Positions 48,491-60,765 of a DNA stretch of 64,000 nt are shown here, piece after piece. Position 1 is the first letter of the stretch, and each line of letters opens with the position of its first letter. The stretch comes from Torpedo marmorata (taxonomy: Eukaryota): positions 192,696,001 to 192,760,000 of the forward strand of contig OZ360221.1 in assembly GCA_977017645.1 (NCBI GenBank). The letters run 5' to 3'. The notes under the pieces were generated by a model, which did not search any database, was not told the DNA's origin, and saw nothing but the letters and a program-made list of their open reading frames with translations. Both the position numbers and the translations under genes were made by a program.

Positions 48491-49064
48491 TGTAAAGAAA
48501 TAAGAAAAACATAAGGCCAGCAGTAGGTCCTGTCAACTCTTTGAACCTGCTGCACCATTCAATACAATTATATTTTATCTAATCTTGGCTTCAACACCAT
48601 GCTTCCTCCCAACAGTCCTTGATCCCTCATTGTGTCAAATATCTGTCAATCTCTGCCTTTAATCTAGTCACTGACACTATTCGCTCAATTCACTGGGGCA
48701 GAGAATTCCAAGATGCACAATCCTCTGAGATAAGACATTCCCCATCTCCATTTGCAGTGGATACTTATCTGTCATTGATATAATTTATAAATAGTTGAGG
48801 TCCCAGTAATGATCGCTATGTTGCTTCACTATTTATTGAATGCCAATCTGAAACCAACCCACTATACTGACTCTCTGCTTTCTGTTAGTTTCTATTTGCG
48901 CAAATTTATTATCTCAGCCCTGCTCACTGTTTCTGTATGATTCTGAGTATCAGATTATATCATACTGATCTATGGGGCAGCTCCCCCAGTTTCAAAACCA
49001 GTCCTCAGATAGGCACATGGATTACTTTGTAAGGTCTATTGGGCTGGGAGTGACATTCTGAGCA

Positions 49065-49460
49065 AATCCCATTTGCCTGCACTTGGGCTATATCTCTCCA
49101 AGACCTTTTTATCCATAAATCTGTCCAAATGTCTTTTGAACATGGTTATTATATCTGTTTATATAATTTCCTCTGGCAGTTCATTCCCAATAAGGACACC
49201 CTCTGAGTGACAAAGTTGCCCCTCATGTCCCTCTTTCCATCTCATGTTAAACCTAAGCCCTCTAGTTCTTGAATCGTCTATCCTGGGAGAAAGAATGTGA
49301 GCATCCATTTTATCAATGCCTCTCATAAGTTTATGTATCTCTACAAGGTCACCCCTCTGCCTTCCATGCTCGAAAGATCCAGCCTTTCCAAGCTCTCCCA
49401 ATAACCCAACCCCTTCAGTCCCAGCATCATCCTGTTGAATCTCCTCTGCAACCCTTTCAA
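49065..49460 (-). mobile_element. CR1 3' fragment
   Basis: RGDLVEIHKLMRGID..SRTRG..NELPEE. Confidence 0.75.
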
Positions 49461-50023
49461 GTTATTAATGACAGTAGTAACGCAGGTTATTTTGTTAACA
49501 ACATCTAATCTTTGAATGAAAAGAACAAAACTCTGGATGTCTGGCTACTTTTGTCTTAAATTTCCTAAGCTCTTCTGAATTTAAATTCAATGGAGTCCTT
49601 GTTGGGATTTGAACTTATGACTCTGGATTACTTATCCAGACCTCTTGTCTATGAAAATGCAAAATGCGGTAGAAGCTAGAAATTAGATAATTTTCAACAT
49701 TGAAAAAAGTGAGTCAGAGATTAAACTCCCGACAAGATCTTTCAAAATTCAGCAAACACCTCAAGCCAAAGTTGAATCACCAGATCCATGACATAAATGC
49801 TGAAGTTTGAGGCAGGAACAAGGTGAGCTTGTTGACAATTTCCTTGCATGGTTTGCAAACACAACATGTAAATGTAGATTTAGTGAGTAGATAGTCCTCT
49901 TTGAGACTATTTTTTTTTTGTGTTCATTCCTGAATCTGACCGGCTGAGGTAGAGTTAGCTGAGACACAGTCTTATTTCCTTCTCATTAACTGCTCTACAT
50001 TAATTTCCATTTTACTTTATCAG

Positions 50024-50150
50024 GGCCCCAAATTGGACACCAAGTTGTAAGAAAAGTGGAAGCTAAGGCAATAACAGATGAAAATAATGATACTGGTTAT
50101 GTTGTTCAATGTACAAATGCACCAAATTCTAATATGCTGGAACAAATCAG
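50024..50150 (+). CDS. Candidate internal coding exon of an unidentified host gene
   Basis: Acceptor tttccattttactttatcAG, donor AG|GTACTT, open frame PQIGHQVVRKVEAKAITDENNDTGYVVQCTNAPNSNMLEQI. Confidence 0.4.
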
Positions 50151-50828
50151 GTACTTTAAAAAAAAAATCAAACTACAATATTATACATTAATTCAATTTA
50201 AAAAGGTAATAAATACAAAAGATCGATAATAAATATTCATAGTTACCATCGAGCAGAAAAAAAAACCAAGTGGCAATACAAGCCAGGCCTTTTTGTGGTG
50301 TCAGAGTACTTCATCATTAGTGTACCAAGGGGAGGTTCAAGAGCCTGAAAGACATTGGAAAAAAACTGTTCTTGAACCTAGAGGTGCTGGACTTCAGGCT
50401 TCTGTGCCTTCTTTCTGAATGCAGTAGCGAAAAGAGGTGGTGACCAGGATGATGAAATACTATGATTGGTTCCATCTACACATTATTTCCACCTCCATCC
50501 TCCCCACAAACTTTCCACCTATCACCTACCAGACTCTGCCTCACCCTCTCTCACTTCTTTATACTGACTAGTTCCCTCATAATTTTGTTTTGATTCAGAT
50601 TCTCGACCTGTAACATCTACCATCCTTTTGCCTCCACAGGGGTTGCTTGACATGCTGAATTCCAATAGTTTGTTTTTCACTCGTTTCACTTGGTTCTAGA
50701 TTGTGACCAATAAGCAAAAATTTAAAGGTCAATGCAAACCCCTGCACAAGTGTGCTGAAGAAAGGAGAAAAAATGTGGAAAATTGTATTATTCTATGTGA
50801 GGATTAGTCACATGATGTGACTAAATAT

Positions 50829-51677
50829 TGGCGTAATGGCGGCGCTGCCGCTGGTGCGGACCCGCGGAGATACAGCGCTCCCGCGGGGTCCAGCCGCCCA
50901 GTCGACTGCCGTCGGTTCCGCACGGGCTTTGAACGGCTCGTTGAGGGAGCCGACGGTGGTTTTATTTAAGATCCCGTGACCACGGAGTCTGTGCCCAAGA
51001 TGGCAGCGCCTTTTAACCAGCAGCAGCCACGAGGGGCTGCAGACTCCGGGGAAGCGGAGGACTGGAGCAGGGCACCAGAGGATGGGAAGATCACCCCCGT
51101 CTGAGAAGGAGAAGCGGAGGAGACGACCCACGGGACAGTGACCACGGCGGCGGACCGGTGAGGGGCTCTGAGGCTGAAGGACCAGTGCATGCGGCAGGCT
51201 GCTGGCGACTCGAGGCGAGAAACCCGCGGAGGCTGTGGGCTGCTGAAGACTGCTGTCGGGGGACTCACGCCGGGCTGCTGGAGGCTGGCTCGAACTGGCT
51301 GGAGGAGTACCAGGTATCGGAACCGGGATGCGAGGGGTGCCGAGGGCGCCCTGACCGTGTCGGAGGTTCGGATCTGGAGCTCGGGATGCCGATGGTTTGG
51401 ACTGGACTCTGTGTGGCTGCGGAGGCTGCGGAAACGCTTGAGGCGAATCTATGGACACTTGGTGACTCTGGGGGGACTCTCTTTTGCTTCTCTTTCTCTG
51501 ACTGTAAGGAATGTTAGAGGTGCTTAGGCAATTTCTGCCGGTGGCGAATCTGTCTGCCTTGTAGCAGGCAAAAAGAAATTTCATGTAATATGACACTGTC
51601 TTATTACTATGACAATAAATTGAATCTTGAATCTTGAATCTTGAATCTTGAATCTTGAATCTCAAATTGAATCTTGA
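50829..51677 (+). mobile_element. GC-rich putative non-autonomous retroelement with (aatcttg)n tail
   Basis: Starts tggcgtaatggcgg; ends gacaataaattg(aatcttg)x5; no recognisable protein. Confidence 0.6.
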
Positions 51678-52373
51678 CTAGAGCTGATTTCACCAACGAG
51701 ATAATCAGAGAGTAACAAGATAATTAAATGACTATACAGTAATCGCAAAGTGCAGATCCATCTTGCCTGATTGTTACTCTGGGCTGCACTTACATTGACA
51801 TGAAATCATGAGCTGAAAAGGAAGTACAAGACAACTTTGTTAAGCAAAATATATCATCTGTTAGTCCAAAAAGAATTAAGACAACTAACTGAGACACAAG
51901 AGACTGCAAAGGATGAACTGCTGGATGCACTCAGTGGTTTGAGCAGCATCTATGGAGGCAAAGGTATGATTAACGTTTTGAGTCAAGACCCTGCATCAGG
52001 CAAGTAACTGATGCACCAACACTATAACAAACATGCAAACTCATTCCCTGGGTTGGTGAGAGGACATATTTTACAAGTACAGAATCCAGTTATGGAATCC
52101 AGCTAATGTTATCACATGTCATTTGGAACAAGGCCAGCCAGCAGATAAGGCAGAATATAATCAATCTCCTTTGTACAACAAAACTGAAAGAACAGAGAAT
52201 ATCAGCAGCGCCACCAGCAATATCAGTAACAATTGTAACCTCTTCAAATGTAACAGGCACCATGTCACCAACACGATGCACCAAGTCATCACAGAGAGGA
52301 ACAATTACTTCCATAATGGAGAAATAATATCTTACCAGCTCAGTGATAGTGTAAATTATACTTTAGGAGTCTT

Positions 52374-53428
52374 TTTTTTTCTTTTTTAAAAAAAATATTT
52401 TATTTAAAAATTTTAAATCACAAAATACATAAAATAAAATATAAAATTATCAAGTTATCTGTGATACATTTTCACCCCCCTCCCCCCTCCCCTCCCCAAC
52501 CCTCCCAACCCCACTAATCTAATAAAAATAAAAATATAAAATAAAAATAGAAAAAGAAGAAGAAAAAAGAAAGAAAAAGATAGAGTAAGGAGAATGCCAA
52601 TCTATAAACTAATTCTATTATGGAGGTCAAGTATGCCAGTAGATCCGATATCCAGAGATCTTCAAATCCTTAAACCAACAACTTTCATATATGGGCTCCA
52701 AATTTTTAAGAAGAAATGATATTTGTTACGTAAATTATAAGTAATTTTTTCAAGTGGTATACACGAACGAAGTTCTGCATGCCATCTTTCTAATCCTAAA
52801 TCTAAATCAGATTTCCAAGTAATAGCAATACATTTCTTTGAAACAGCTAAAGCAATTCGCAAAAATTCTATTTGATACATGTTTAATTTCATCTTAATAC
52901 TAAATTTTCTAATATCTCCAAACAAAAATATCATAGGATCCATTGGAAATGTAATCTTAAATACTTTATCTAAAATTTTTTTAACTTTCAACCAAAAATC
53001 ATAAACTTTTGGACAAAACCATGTAAAATGTACAAAAGACCCTTCCTCTTTATTACATCTAAAACATAAACCTGATAATGTTGGATTAAATTTCTTTAGT
53101 TTTTTAGGTGTTAAATATAATTGATGAAAAAAATTGTATTGTACTAATCTATATCTAACATTAATAATCTTCGTCATACTTAATTTACATAATTCTTTCC
53201 AATGATTTTCATCTATTCTTACATTCAAATCTAATTCCCATTTTAATCTTGATTTATGAATTCCTACTTTAGGCATTTTCCTCTGAAACAATTTATACAT
53301 TTGAGAAATAAATTTATTGACATCTCCTTTAGTAACTAATAATTCTAATTCATTCTGTCTTGGTAAAATCAAAGCATAACCTAATTTCTCAATCAAAAAA
53401 GTTCTAATTTGATAATAAGCAAAAAGTG
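52374..53428 (-). mobile_element. L1/Tx1-clade 5'-truncated copy with 15-bp TSD
   Basis: TSD tactttaggagtctt at 52359-52373 and 53429-53443; open 244-aa ORF2 C-terminus with CFRC..H. Confidence 0.95.
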
Positions 53429-54924
53429 TACTTTAGGAGTCTTGACAAGAAATAATGCCTCAAGCTTACGACCGCTCAAATAAAACGTTTTATGAAAACA
53501 GGGAAGAAAATCTTTATTAAGTTTATTTGTCACATTATACCTGGTACAGTGAGAAGGGCTCATCTGTGAGCTGTCTAGCTGTCTAACAGGTTAGCTCTAA
53601 CATTTATACAGCCACATAAAGAGAACATTTTGTAGAGTATAGAGATATAATGAGAAGGAAGATCAATTGGCACCATGCAACGGGAGCATGAGAGCACTGT
53701 TATGGGGTTCTTCAGGAGTCTGATGGCCACGAGGAAGAATTGTCTTTAAGCTATTGGTGCATGCTTTTACACTTGTGACTCCTCTCCCTAATGGGAGGAA
53801 GGAGAAGAGAGTGTGTTCAGTGATGAAATATTATTTACAGCATAAATAGTGATCTGTATTGTTATAAGGACAGGAGGGCTACTTGTTCTTATTGCACCAC
53901 ATTACTCACGAGTGCATTATAATAGGCATGAAAATGAACATTGCATCTCTCAGTATCACCTGATCTTTGGTCTGAAAATAAATATTATGTAATCAGGTTT
54001 GAATCCTTAAAGTGAAATTAAGATTGAGAGCTCTGGGAACAACAAGAAGTAACAAACTGTATTAAATTTGGTATTATTAATTTTCATGTGTTTCTGTACC
54101 TCAGTTCCTAGAATTATAGCGTCTTGGACAGAAATTGAAATAGGATTTTCTATCTCTGACACTGGGTGGCAGTAGAACCAAGCTCTGTTGGTTCTACTGC
54201 CACCCATATGAAACCAACTCATATGGTTTCAAAGGATCAATTCCAACTGAGAGAACACAGGAAATGATTTTCCCAGACTCAGCCACTGGTGAGGTCTTGA
54301 ATATTGAAATATTTCCAACTGAAATTTGTTGACACTGAATCTACAGATTTCTGATGAGCTGCTGCTGTGCAGAGAGCCCCAAATTCTGTAGTGATCTGCT
54401 ACCATAGTTTGATGTGGTCAATCTTAGTGGGAGTTGTGTTCAGGAGAGCATGGGTACTCTTTGCCAAGCTGGAACTAACCCCACTGATGTGCTTTTCACA
54501 TCACTCCATTATGGAGTGCTTCGAGAGGTTGGTCATGGCTCACATTAACTCCAGCCCACCAACCATCCACATACTCATTCAAAGTCAATAGAACCAAAGT
54601 TCATCCAAACCCAACAACCATACACGCAGAGAGAGGAAGCAGAGCATGCTGAGAAAAGATCCTGTGGGATTATAATTGTCAACTTGTCACCAGTTCTGAT
54701 GACTTTAACCACCATTTTGGTAACAACATTTGTCGAAAGCAACTATCAACAAATCTAGCAATTTTCAAGAAAATCATCCAAGATTGTTGATGTTTGTGAA
54801 GTCACCAGTCGTCCAGTGCACAAAGCAACATTGTTTATCATTGACACTGTGTTAAACCTGATCATAAGTCTGGCAATGCCCAAAACATCTGTCCATCATT
54901 GAAAGGAAGGAAGGTGAGGTGAAG

Positions 54925-55580
54925 CAATGGGTGACTTTAATAGCCATTATAAAATGACTTTGACATCCACCATTATGGAGTGCTTCGAGAGGTTGGTCAT
55001 GGCTCACATTAACTCCAGCCTACCAACCATCCACAACTCTTCAGAAACCTGAAGAAATTTGGCATGTCAACTGCTTCGCTTATTAACTTCGACAGATGCA
55101 CCATCAAAAGCATCCTATCAGGTTGCAGTATGCATGGTACTGGAACTGCTCCACCCAAGACTACAAGAAACTGCAGAGAGTTGTGAACACCACACATACC
55201 CCATCCTCCATCAACCCCAGCTATAACTCCTGCTGTCTTGGAATAACAGCCAACGTAAAAAAAAAAGACTGATCCCACCCTGGCCATGCTTTCTTCACTT
55301 CCCTCTCGTCAGGAGGAAGATTCATGAGTATGAGATCACCCACCATCAATGCAAGGACAGTTTCTTTCCTGTCATTATCAGACTCCTGAATGAACCTCAA
55401 AGTAGTAAAATCAAGCTTTCTTTGCTCTGTACCAACTGATCTCTCTCTGTAACTCTGCACTTTAGTACAGTGTCCTAACTTGTACCATGCATGAGATGTC
55501 TTACTGGCCTGCTTGGAAAACAACTTCTATCATTGCATCTTAGCACATGTGACAATAAACTTGAACTTGAGCTTGAATGT
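54925..55580 (+). mobile_element. Old deleted Rex1-like element
   Basis: [19 protein letters not shown], aataaac(ttgaac) tail. Confidence 0.65.
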
Positions 55581-55844
55581 GATAACATCAGAGCAATGTG
55601 AAACGCAATGCCACAGCATTGTACATTCCTGTAATGTTCTTCAATAGTCCAGTTAGAACCAATTCTAGTCATAATGCCTGCAACATTTAAACACACGTTG
55701 TTCCCAACATTCTTCAGGTACACAATTGATTGAACAGATTACAGAAACGAACAAATATTGGGCATTGTGCTCTAAATCATACATAATCATCCAAACATGT
55801 GAATTAGAAATAGGATTAGGCTATCTAGACTTTCTGATAAGAAG

Positions 55845-57146
55845 TATTCTCTTTACCCCACAAAACTGCTTTCGCCGGGTTAAATTCTTTCCGTTTTTTT
55901 ATAATTACCATACTCAAATTAGCATAAAAAAACACCCTATTTTTATCAATCATCAACGGACCATGATGAATTCTTGCATTTTGAACAGCCAGTTTCAATA
56001 TCTTCTCTTTATCCTGATATCTAAGGCATCTAATTAGAACTGAACGTGGTCTTTGACCAGGATATGGTTTTCTCCTGCTATCTCTATGAGCTCTATCCAG
56101 TTCAAGTCCATCCGGAAAATGATCAATTCCCAAAGTCTGTGGAATCCAGTTTTGAAAAAATATTGTTGGATTTGTCCCTTCAAAATCTTCGGGCAGACCC
56201 ACAATTTTAACATTATTTCTCCGACTCTGATTTTCCAATACGTCTATTTTTTGTAAAAGTTCATTCCTTTGTAGCTCCCAACCTGTGAATGAATCTTCCA
56301 CTTTATTCACTCTATCCTTATAGTCCACTATTTCCTCGTAATGATCCTTAACATTCTCTTCAATTTTTTGAACCCTCAGTATTACTTTATCCACAATATT
56401 TGAATGCTTTTTCATATCTTGATTAACAGCTTTTATTTCTTCCTTGACCTCTGTAAATCCATGCTGCATACGTTGATTCAGCAATGAAACTTGTTTTGTT
56501 AATTTGTCCATAGCTTCAATAAAAGACACTGATAATTCTTGTTTATCTTGAAGCATTTGAGCCTCCTCTTCTCCACTTATTTCTTCTTGCTCCTCTCCCT
56601 CCATCTCTTGTATTCCTCCTTCCAATTCTTGATATCTTTCTTCCTCTCTTCTTTTTTCTTCTGAATCTGTAGACGACGATAGTTCCTGTTCAGCTTCATA
56701 GCGGTACAGTTGCGGAGCTTTTCTTCTACTGTCAGCTGTAGCTGACAGTTTGCGATCTTTATCGCGCATGCGCAGACGTTCCACCGGAAGTTGTAGTTCT
56801 TTAACCTTTCTTCGAGCACCAGCGCCATCTTCCCCAGCTCCCCGGGAGGACGGCGCTGGTGCTGCAGTTACCTTCACCGTCCTTGTCTGCATCTTCCTCG
56901 GAGGGAGAGGAACTTGATCCCGAGGCTCCATCGTTAAGGTAGGCCGATCTTCCTCTTGAATTAAACTTTCTTTAAACACCGTTTTCTATGACTTTTGCTC
57001 TTTCGTTTTTCTAGTAGACATTCTTGAATCGTTAATAAACAGCTTAACTTTTTTTTAATAACTAAATAAGTTTCTTTTATTCAGGTTTTAATTAATTCTG
57101 CAGGGAAGGTGTATTTTCACGTCTCCAACCTACGCCATCACGCCAT
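55845..57146 (-). mobile_element. L1/Tx1-clade 5'UTR + ORF1 only (3'-truncated)
   Basis: ORF 55825-56979 LENQSRRNNVKIVGLPE, LDRAHR; upstream ATG 57021 followed by an early stop; 5' end tggcgtgatggcg. Confidence 0.85.
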
Positions 57147-59070
57147 TTATAATCATTCTCTTTACAAATCTGTACTTAAAGAGATAGGCAGCAAACAATG
57201 TTTCACTTAATGAAGAGGGGTGACTAAAGAAACCATACTTCCTTCAATAAACCAAGATAAATATCAGAGACTCTTGGAAGTGTTCAAAAATGCATGTTTC
57301 ATTAGTTTGAAAGAGAGAAGAAAACCGTATCACTCCTACGATTCCTTTATGGTAGATACAGCTCAGAGAGTTTAAACTAACTAACCAAGAGTATGGGAAG
57401 CTGAGTATAGATTCCAAAGAGAGAAATGCAGAACTGGAAATGGAAATTAATAAATTAATTTAAAAGGAAGAAAAAATAAAATAAGACAATAGATAAAACA
57501 AACAGCCTAGCTATGTTTGTACTGAAATATAATGCATATCGTGAATAAAAGGCAGCATAATGATGCAGTCGGTACAAGATGGGTGACAAGATGGTATTAA
57601 AATCAGCAAGTGCTGAACTCTCCCATGCAATTAGAAAGCAAAGCATGGGTACGCACAGAGAATCCATAGACACCTGCGTGACACTGGCAACACGAGGCAT
57701 ATGTGGCAGGGTATTCAAACCATAACTGATTTTAAGTAAATTCTGTGGGTCAGCGACAATGATGCCTCCCTTCCTGACAGGTTGAACACCTTCTACGCAC
57801 GGTTCAATGAGAAAAACAATGTGACACCAAAGAAAGCCTCGTCTCCCCTGATGAACAGGCACCGCGGCTGAGGTGAGGAGCATTCTATCCAGGGTGAACC
57901 CACGCAAAGCAGCAGGACCAGACAACATACCTGGTCAGGTGCTGAAGGACTGTGCGGCCCAGTTGATGGAGGTCCTAACATCTTCAACATCTCACTGCAG
58001 CAGTCCACTGTCCCTGCAGGAATCAAAGCAGCCACCATCATCCCAATGCCCAAGAGAGTGATGGACTAAATGATGACCGCCCAGTGGCACTAACCTCTTA
58101 CAATCATGAAGTGCTTGAGCGACTGGTAATGGAACGCATTAAATTATACTTTCCAGCAACATTAGACCTGTTGCAGTTTGCCTACCATCTAAACAGGTCT
58201 ACAGATGATGCTATAGCCTTGACCTTCCACTCTGTGACTTCAGCTCGGCGGTCAACACAATCATATCTCAGAGACTGGTGGATAAACTCTCCTTGTTGGT
58301 ACTCAACAACCCTCTCTGCAACTAGATTCTTGGACTTCTTGACTGAAAGACCACAGTCAGTCCAGGTTGATAGCAAAATCTCAAGTCCCATCACATTGAG
58401 CACTGGTGCACCTTATGACTGCACTGCCAGATTCAATTCAAACAGAATCATCAAATTTGCAGATGATACAACAGTAGTTGGCCTCATCAGCAACAATGAT
58501 GACTCGGCTTAGAGAGAGGAGGTTAGGTGGCTCGTAAAATAGTGCGACAACAATAATCTGAGTTTCAATGTGGACAAGTCAAAGGAGATGATTGTGGACT
58601 ACAGGAGGACAAAGGTCGACCATTTTCCATTACACATCAATGGTTCCATCATGGAGAGAGTGGAGAGCACAAGGTTCCTTGGTGTGCATATAAAGGATGA
58701 CCTAACCTAGACCCATAACACCTCCTCATTAGTCAGGAAGGCGTAGCATCACCTATACTTCCTAAGGAGGTTGAGGAGTGCAAGGCTACCAGTCCACATC
58801 TTGACAACTTTTTACAGGAGTACATTTGAGAGTGTCCTGTCTGGCTCCATCACTGCATGGTATTGTAGCTGCAAAGCATCAGATTGGAAGTCAATACAGA
58901 GGATCATCAAAATGGCCGAGATCACTGGGGGTCTCCTTTTCCTCTATTGATGACATTTACGGGGAGTGTTGCTCAAATAGGGTTCAGATAATTATAGAAG
59001 ACCCTTTCAATTCAGCAAACAGTATTTTTGACCCACTACCATCAAGAAGGAGGTACAGGAGTATCAAAAT

Positions 59071-59800
59071 TTTAGCTTTTATCTCGTTGATAGCTAGACG
59101 AGCAATTTTAATGAAATAGAAAGATAACTCTTCACCCACTCATACTCAGTGGTTACATGATGTTATGTCCTATTTAAGTTTGGAGAAAATTAGATACAAC
59201 ATTAAAGACAAAAAGTTTGAATTTGACATGTTGTGGGGCCCATTCATGGACTATTATCACAATTTGAAGATTTAAGTAGTTTGGATGCTCCTGGGACTCT
59301 CTGTCTGGTGTCTGAAGGTCGTTATTTGATCCATATCTTCATAATTTATATGTTAACCTTGGTTAGAGGGAGGGGTTAGATTAGCAAGAGGGTTTTTGTT
59401 TTCTTTTTTTTCTTTTTCTTTTTTCTTTTTTTTTTGTTAGTAGAATAATTAGATAATTATGGGTTTAAGTGTGGTTTATCATGGATCATATCATAAAATA
59501 AGGTGAAAATTATCCTTTTGTTTTATATAAGGGGATTTTTAATTAAATACTATCTATTTTCTATCCAATATTATATTGGGATATATTACGAGAAATGGAT
59601 CAACCGTTAATTAACACAATTATAGAATTCAATCTCTTGAAAGAAATAAGTTAAATAAACAATTAGGGGTAGGCTTTTGATTTACAATATATGTGCGATA
59701 TGTGACATGTATATGATATGACCTGCTGTGTGTTATTACCAGATGACTATGTATGTAGGATTTATATATTAAACTCAATAAAAATATTTTAAAAAGAAAG
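59071..59800 (+). mobile_element. L1-clade 3' end fragment nested in Rex1
   Basis: LIARRAILMK..TQWLHDVMS..EKIRY..WGPF; A-rich tail; short aaaat duplication at 59066-59070 and 59801-59805. Confidence 0.8.
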
Positions 59801-59932
59801 AAAATCAGGACTGCCAGGCTAGGAAATAGCTTCTTCCCAGAGGCTGTGAAATTGATGAACAGAGTCTTGTAACTGAGTAAATCATCCCAAAACATTTATA
59901 TGTATTTATTTTAAATTATATCTTTATGCATA

Positions 59933-60765
59933 CGCCAATGACTGTGTGGCTCGGTACGGCAATAACACCATCTACAAATTTGCTGACGATACCACAGTAG
60001 TGGGCTGTATTAAAAAGAGTGATGAGTCAGCATGCAGGCGGGAGATTGAAAATTTGGTGGAATGGTGTACTAACAACAACCTTGCACTCAATGTCACCAA
60101 AACCAAGGAACTGATTGTAGACTTTAGGAAGGGGAGAACCAGAGGTGTATGATCCAGTAATCATTGGGGGATCAGAGGTGGAAAGAGTGAGCAAATTTAA
60201 ATTCCTGGGAGTCACTATCTCGGAGGAACTTTCCTGGATCCAACACACTAATGTCATCATGAAGAACATTATGGCCTGGTATGGGTGCACCAATACCTCT
60301 GCGCAGAAAGGCTTGCAAAAGGTAGTGGACACAGTCCAGTACTTCACAGGTAAAACTCTCCCCATTATCGAGAACATCTACATAGAACACTGCCGTCAGA
60401 GAGCAGTAGCAATCATCAAGGATCTACACTATCCAGGACATGCTCTGTTCTCGCTGCTGCCATTGAGAGGTATAGGTGCCAAAAGACTTGTACCACAAGG
60501 TTCAGGAACAGTTGCCACCCCTCCACCATCAGACTTCTAAACAACAAACTCAATCAGAGACTCATTTAAGGACTCTTACTTTGCACATTATTTATTTTCT
60601 GTATTGCAGCCAGTTTGTTTACATTTTATTCTTTTCTGAGTACAGGTTTTTTGCACTACTGATAAGTAGAAATTCTGCCTGGCCCACAGGAAAAAGAATC
60701 TCAGGTTTGTATGTGATGTAATGTATGTTCTCTGACTAAAAATCTGAACTTTGTACTTTGAACTT
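59933..60765 (+). mobile_element. Rex1-type fragment nested in the 3'UTR of another Rex1
   Basis: [33 protein letters not shown]; ctttgaac-like tail. Confidence 0.8.

Noticed and set aside
50808-51665. 285-aa minus-strand ORF, and the overlapping ORFs at 15715-16537
   Set aside because: GC-rich, stop-poor sequence; the first ORF starts inside a microsatellite tail; no recognisable domains.
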